Source of the DNA: an uncultured Peptostreptococcaceae bacterium
GTDB lineage: Bacteria; Bacillota; Clostridia; Peptostreptococcales; Filifactoraceae
DNA length: 40,094 bases
Direction: 5' to 3'
NCBI GenBank assembly: GCA_964521745.1
Contig: CAZFTH010000001.1
Location: 1-40,094, forward strand
The notes below the pieces were generated by a model. The model made no database searches, had not been told where the DNA came from, and worked only from the letters and a program-made list of their open reading frames with translations. Below are positions 39,113-40,094 of this stretch, piece after piece. The position numbers and the translations under genes are program-made. The first letter of the stretch is position 1; each line of letters begins with the position of its first letter.

Positions 39113-39540
39113 TTACTTGTATATGAAATTGTATTTTTCGCTATAATTGTCAATTAAAGCTTTTACACATTCTACTTCTAATTTATTTGCAATATCTCTT
39201 ATAATTGATTCATATTGAGGATTACAAGCAAATCCAATAATAACCCTCTTTACTTTAATTACTATTCCATCAAAGGGCGTAAGCATTCCTGAGTTTAAAG
39301 ATGAATTTTCGTAAGGCAATACTACTCGATATTCTTTTTCATATTTCCAAGATGAGTGCTTAAACATTCCTAAAGTATTAATGTAGTGCGATATTATTTT
39401 TATGCCAATATCATCTACTTTTAATTCTCCTTTTTCAATGAGAATCATTTTCGAGCTTAATTCAACCAGCCAACTTCCAATTGAACTTCTATAGTTTACA
39501 TATTTCACCAGATATATAAGTTCTTTATTTGACGGATACA
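39113..39540 (-). pseudogene. 3' fragment of a DUF2971-like gene
   Basis: KHSSWKYEKEYR and VIIG motifs; N-terminal half absent. Confidence 0.55.
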
Positions 39541-39574
39541 GCCTATGATGTGATCACTAAAAGTTATATCTAAA

Positions 39575-39598
39575 GTCTAGCTTAGTGGGGTCGGTTCA
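39575..39598 (-). mobile_element. IS3/IS150-like terminal repeat remnant
   Basis: TGAACCGACCCCACTAAGCTAGAC resembles IS150-group ends as I recall them. Confidence 0.45.
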
Positions 39599-40094
39599 TT
39601 TTCATACCATGACTGGAAAGATTTTTTCATAATTTCTAATTTGTTTCCTAATAATAGTACTCCCTTCAATTATATCAAAATATTTCTTTAATTAATTGTA
39701 CACAAAAAAATAATGACGTGTAACATTTAAGTATAGTTTCAAGATTATTAACATAATATATCTAAATATATACTTTTAGATATACTATGTTAATAGATAA
39801 AAAAAGACCTTCTACAAAGTCTTTTCTATTTTTAAAAATCATTATTTAATTTATTTGAGATTATAGTTTCAACTTTAATACATAGCCCTTTTTTTAATAG
39901 CTTCATATTTTCTATCAAAATTATTTTATGTTAATTCCTATTTTGATACAAAATTCTGAAAACGTTCTGTTAATAGATTAGTCCTAAATATATTAAAACA
40001 GAGGCTTCCTCCGTTTTTTCAAACCATCGAAAGCCTAATTGTTAAAAGAATACTTCTATAGCTCTGCACTTTTCCACTGGCTTTAGTTCTTCCC

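Larger units (their letters stand above)
1044..40094 (+). mobile_element. ICE integrated at the 3' end of ssrA; right end not seen
   Basis: Tyrosine integrase next to tmRNA; VirD4, VirB4, VirB6, PrgI, NlpC/P60, MobC and relaxase present; no attR copy found in window. Confidence 0.88.

Noticed and set aside
39748-39795. Imperfect inverted repeat ATTAACATA...TATGTTAAT
   Set aside because: Very AT-rich; may be an operator but there is no supporting context
36700-40094. attR copy of the ssrA 3' end
   Set aside because: No match to TTCGATTCTCCTCATCTCCACCA found by eye

Overview
Low-GC Clostridia-like DNA. The first ~1 kb is host chromosome: the 3' part of a PgeF/YfiH gene, an unlisted 52-aa ORF, and the tmRNA gene ssrA (691-1043, tag ANENYALAA). 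From the ssrA 3' end onward the window is an integrative conjugative element (ICE). I found no second copy of the ssrA 3' end, so the element probably continues past the window. It carries a tyrosine integrase, a RepA_N initiator, a Gram-positive T4SS module (PcfB, VirD4, Maff2 pilin, VirB6, PrgI, VirB4, NlpC/P60), an SLH surface cassette, RadC, an XRE regulator and a 2.4-kaa methylase-SNF2 helicase. Further on are a decayed IS256, a serine resolvase, Fic-RHH, a ParR/ParM-like partition locus, MobC with a MOB_P relaxase, and a minus-strand nuclease cargo. Four unexplained signals stand out. (1) A ~195-nt multi-branched structure lies between ssrA and the integrase, and its non-canonical pairs are G-U on the + strand. 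(2) A TnpV-like gene is nested out of frame inside the helicase gene, with its own RBS and terminator. (3) Phased 8-bp repeat arrays occur at seven intergenic sites, three of them over clear promoters. (4) Intrinsic terminators sit directly in front of transfer genes, suggesting antitermination. Family calls come from motif recognition only; no database search was run.
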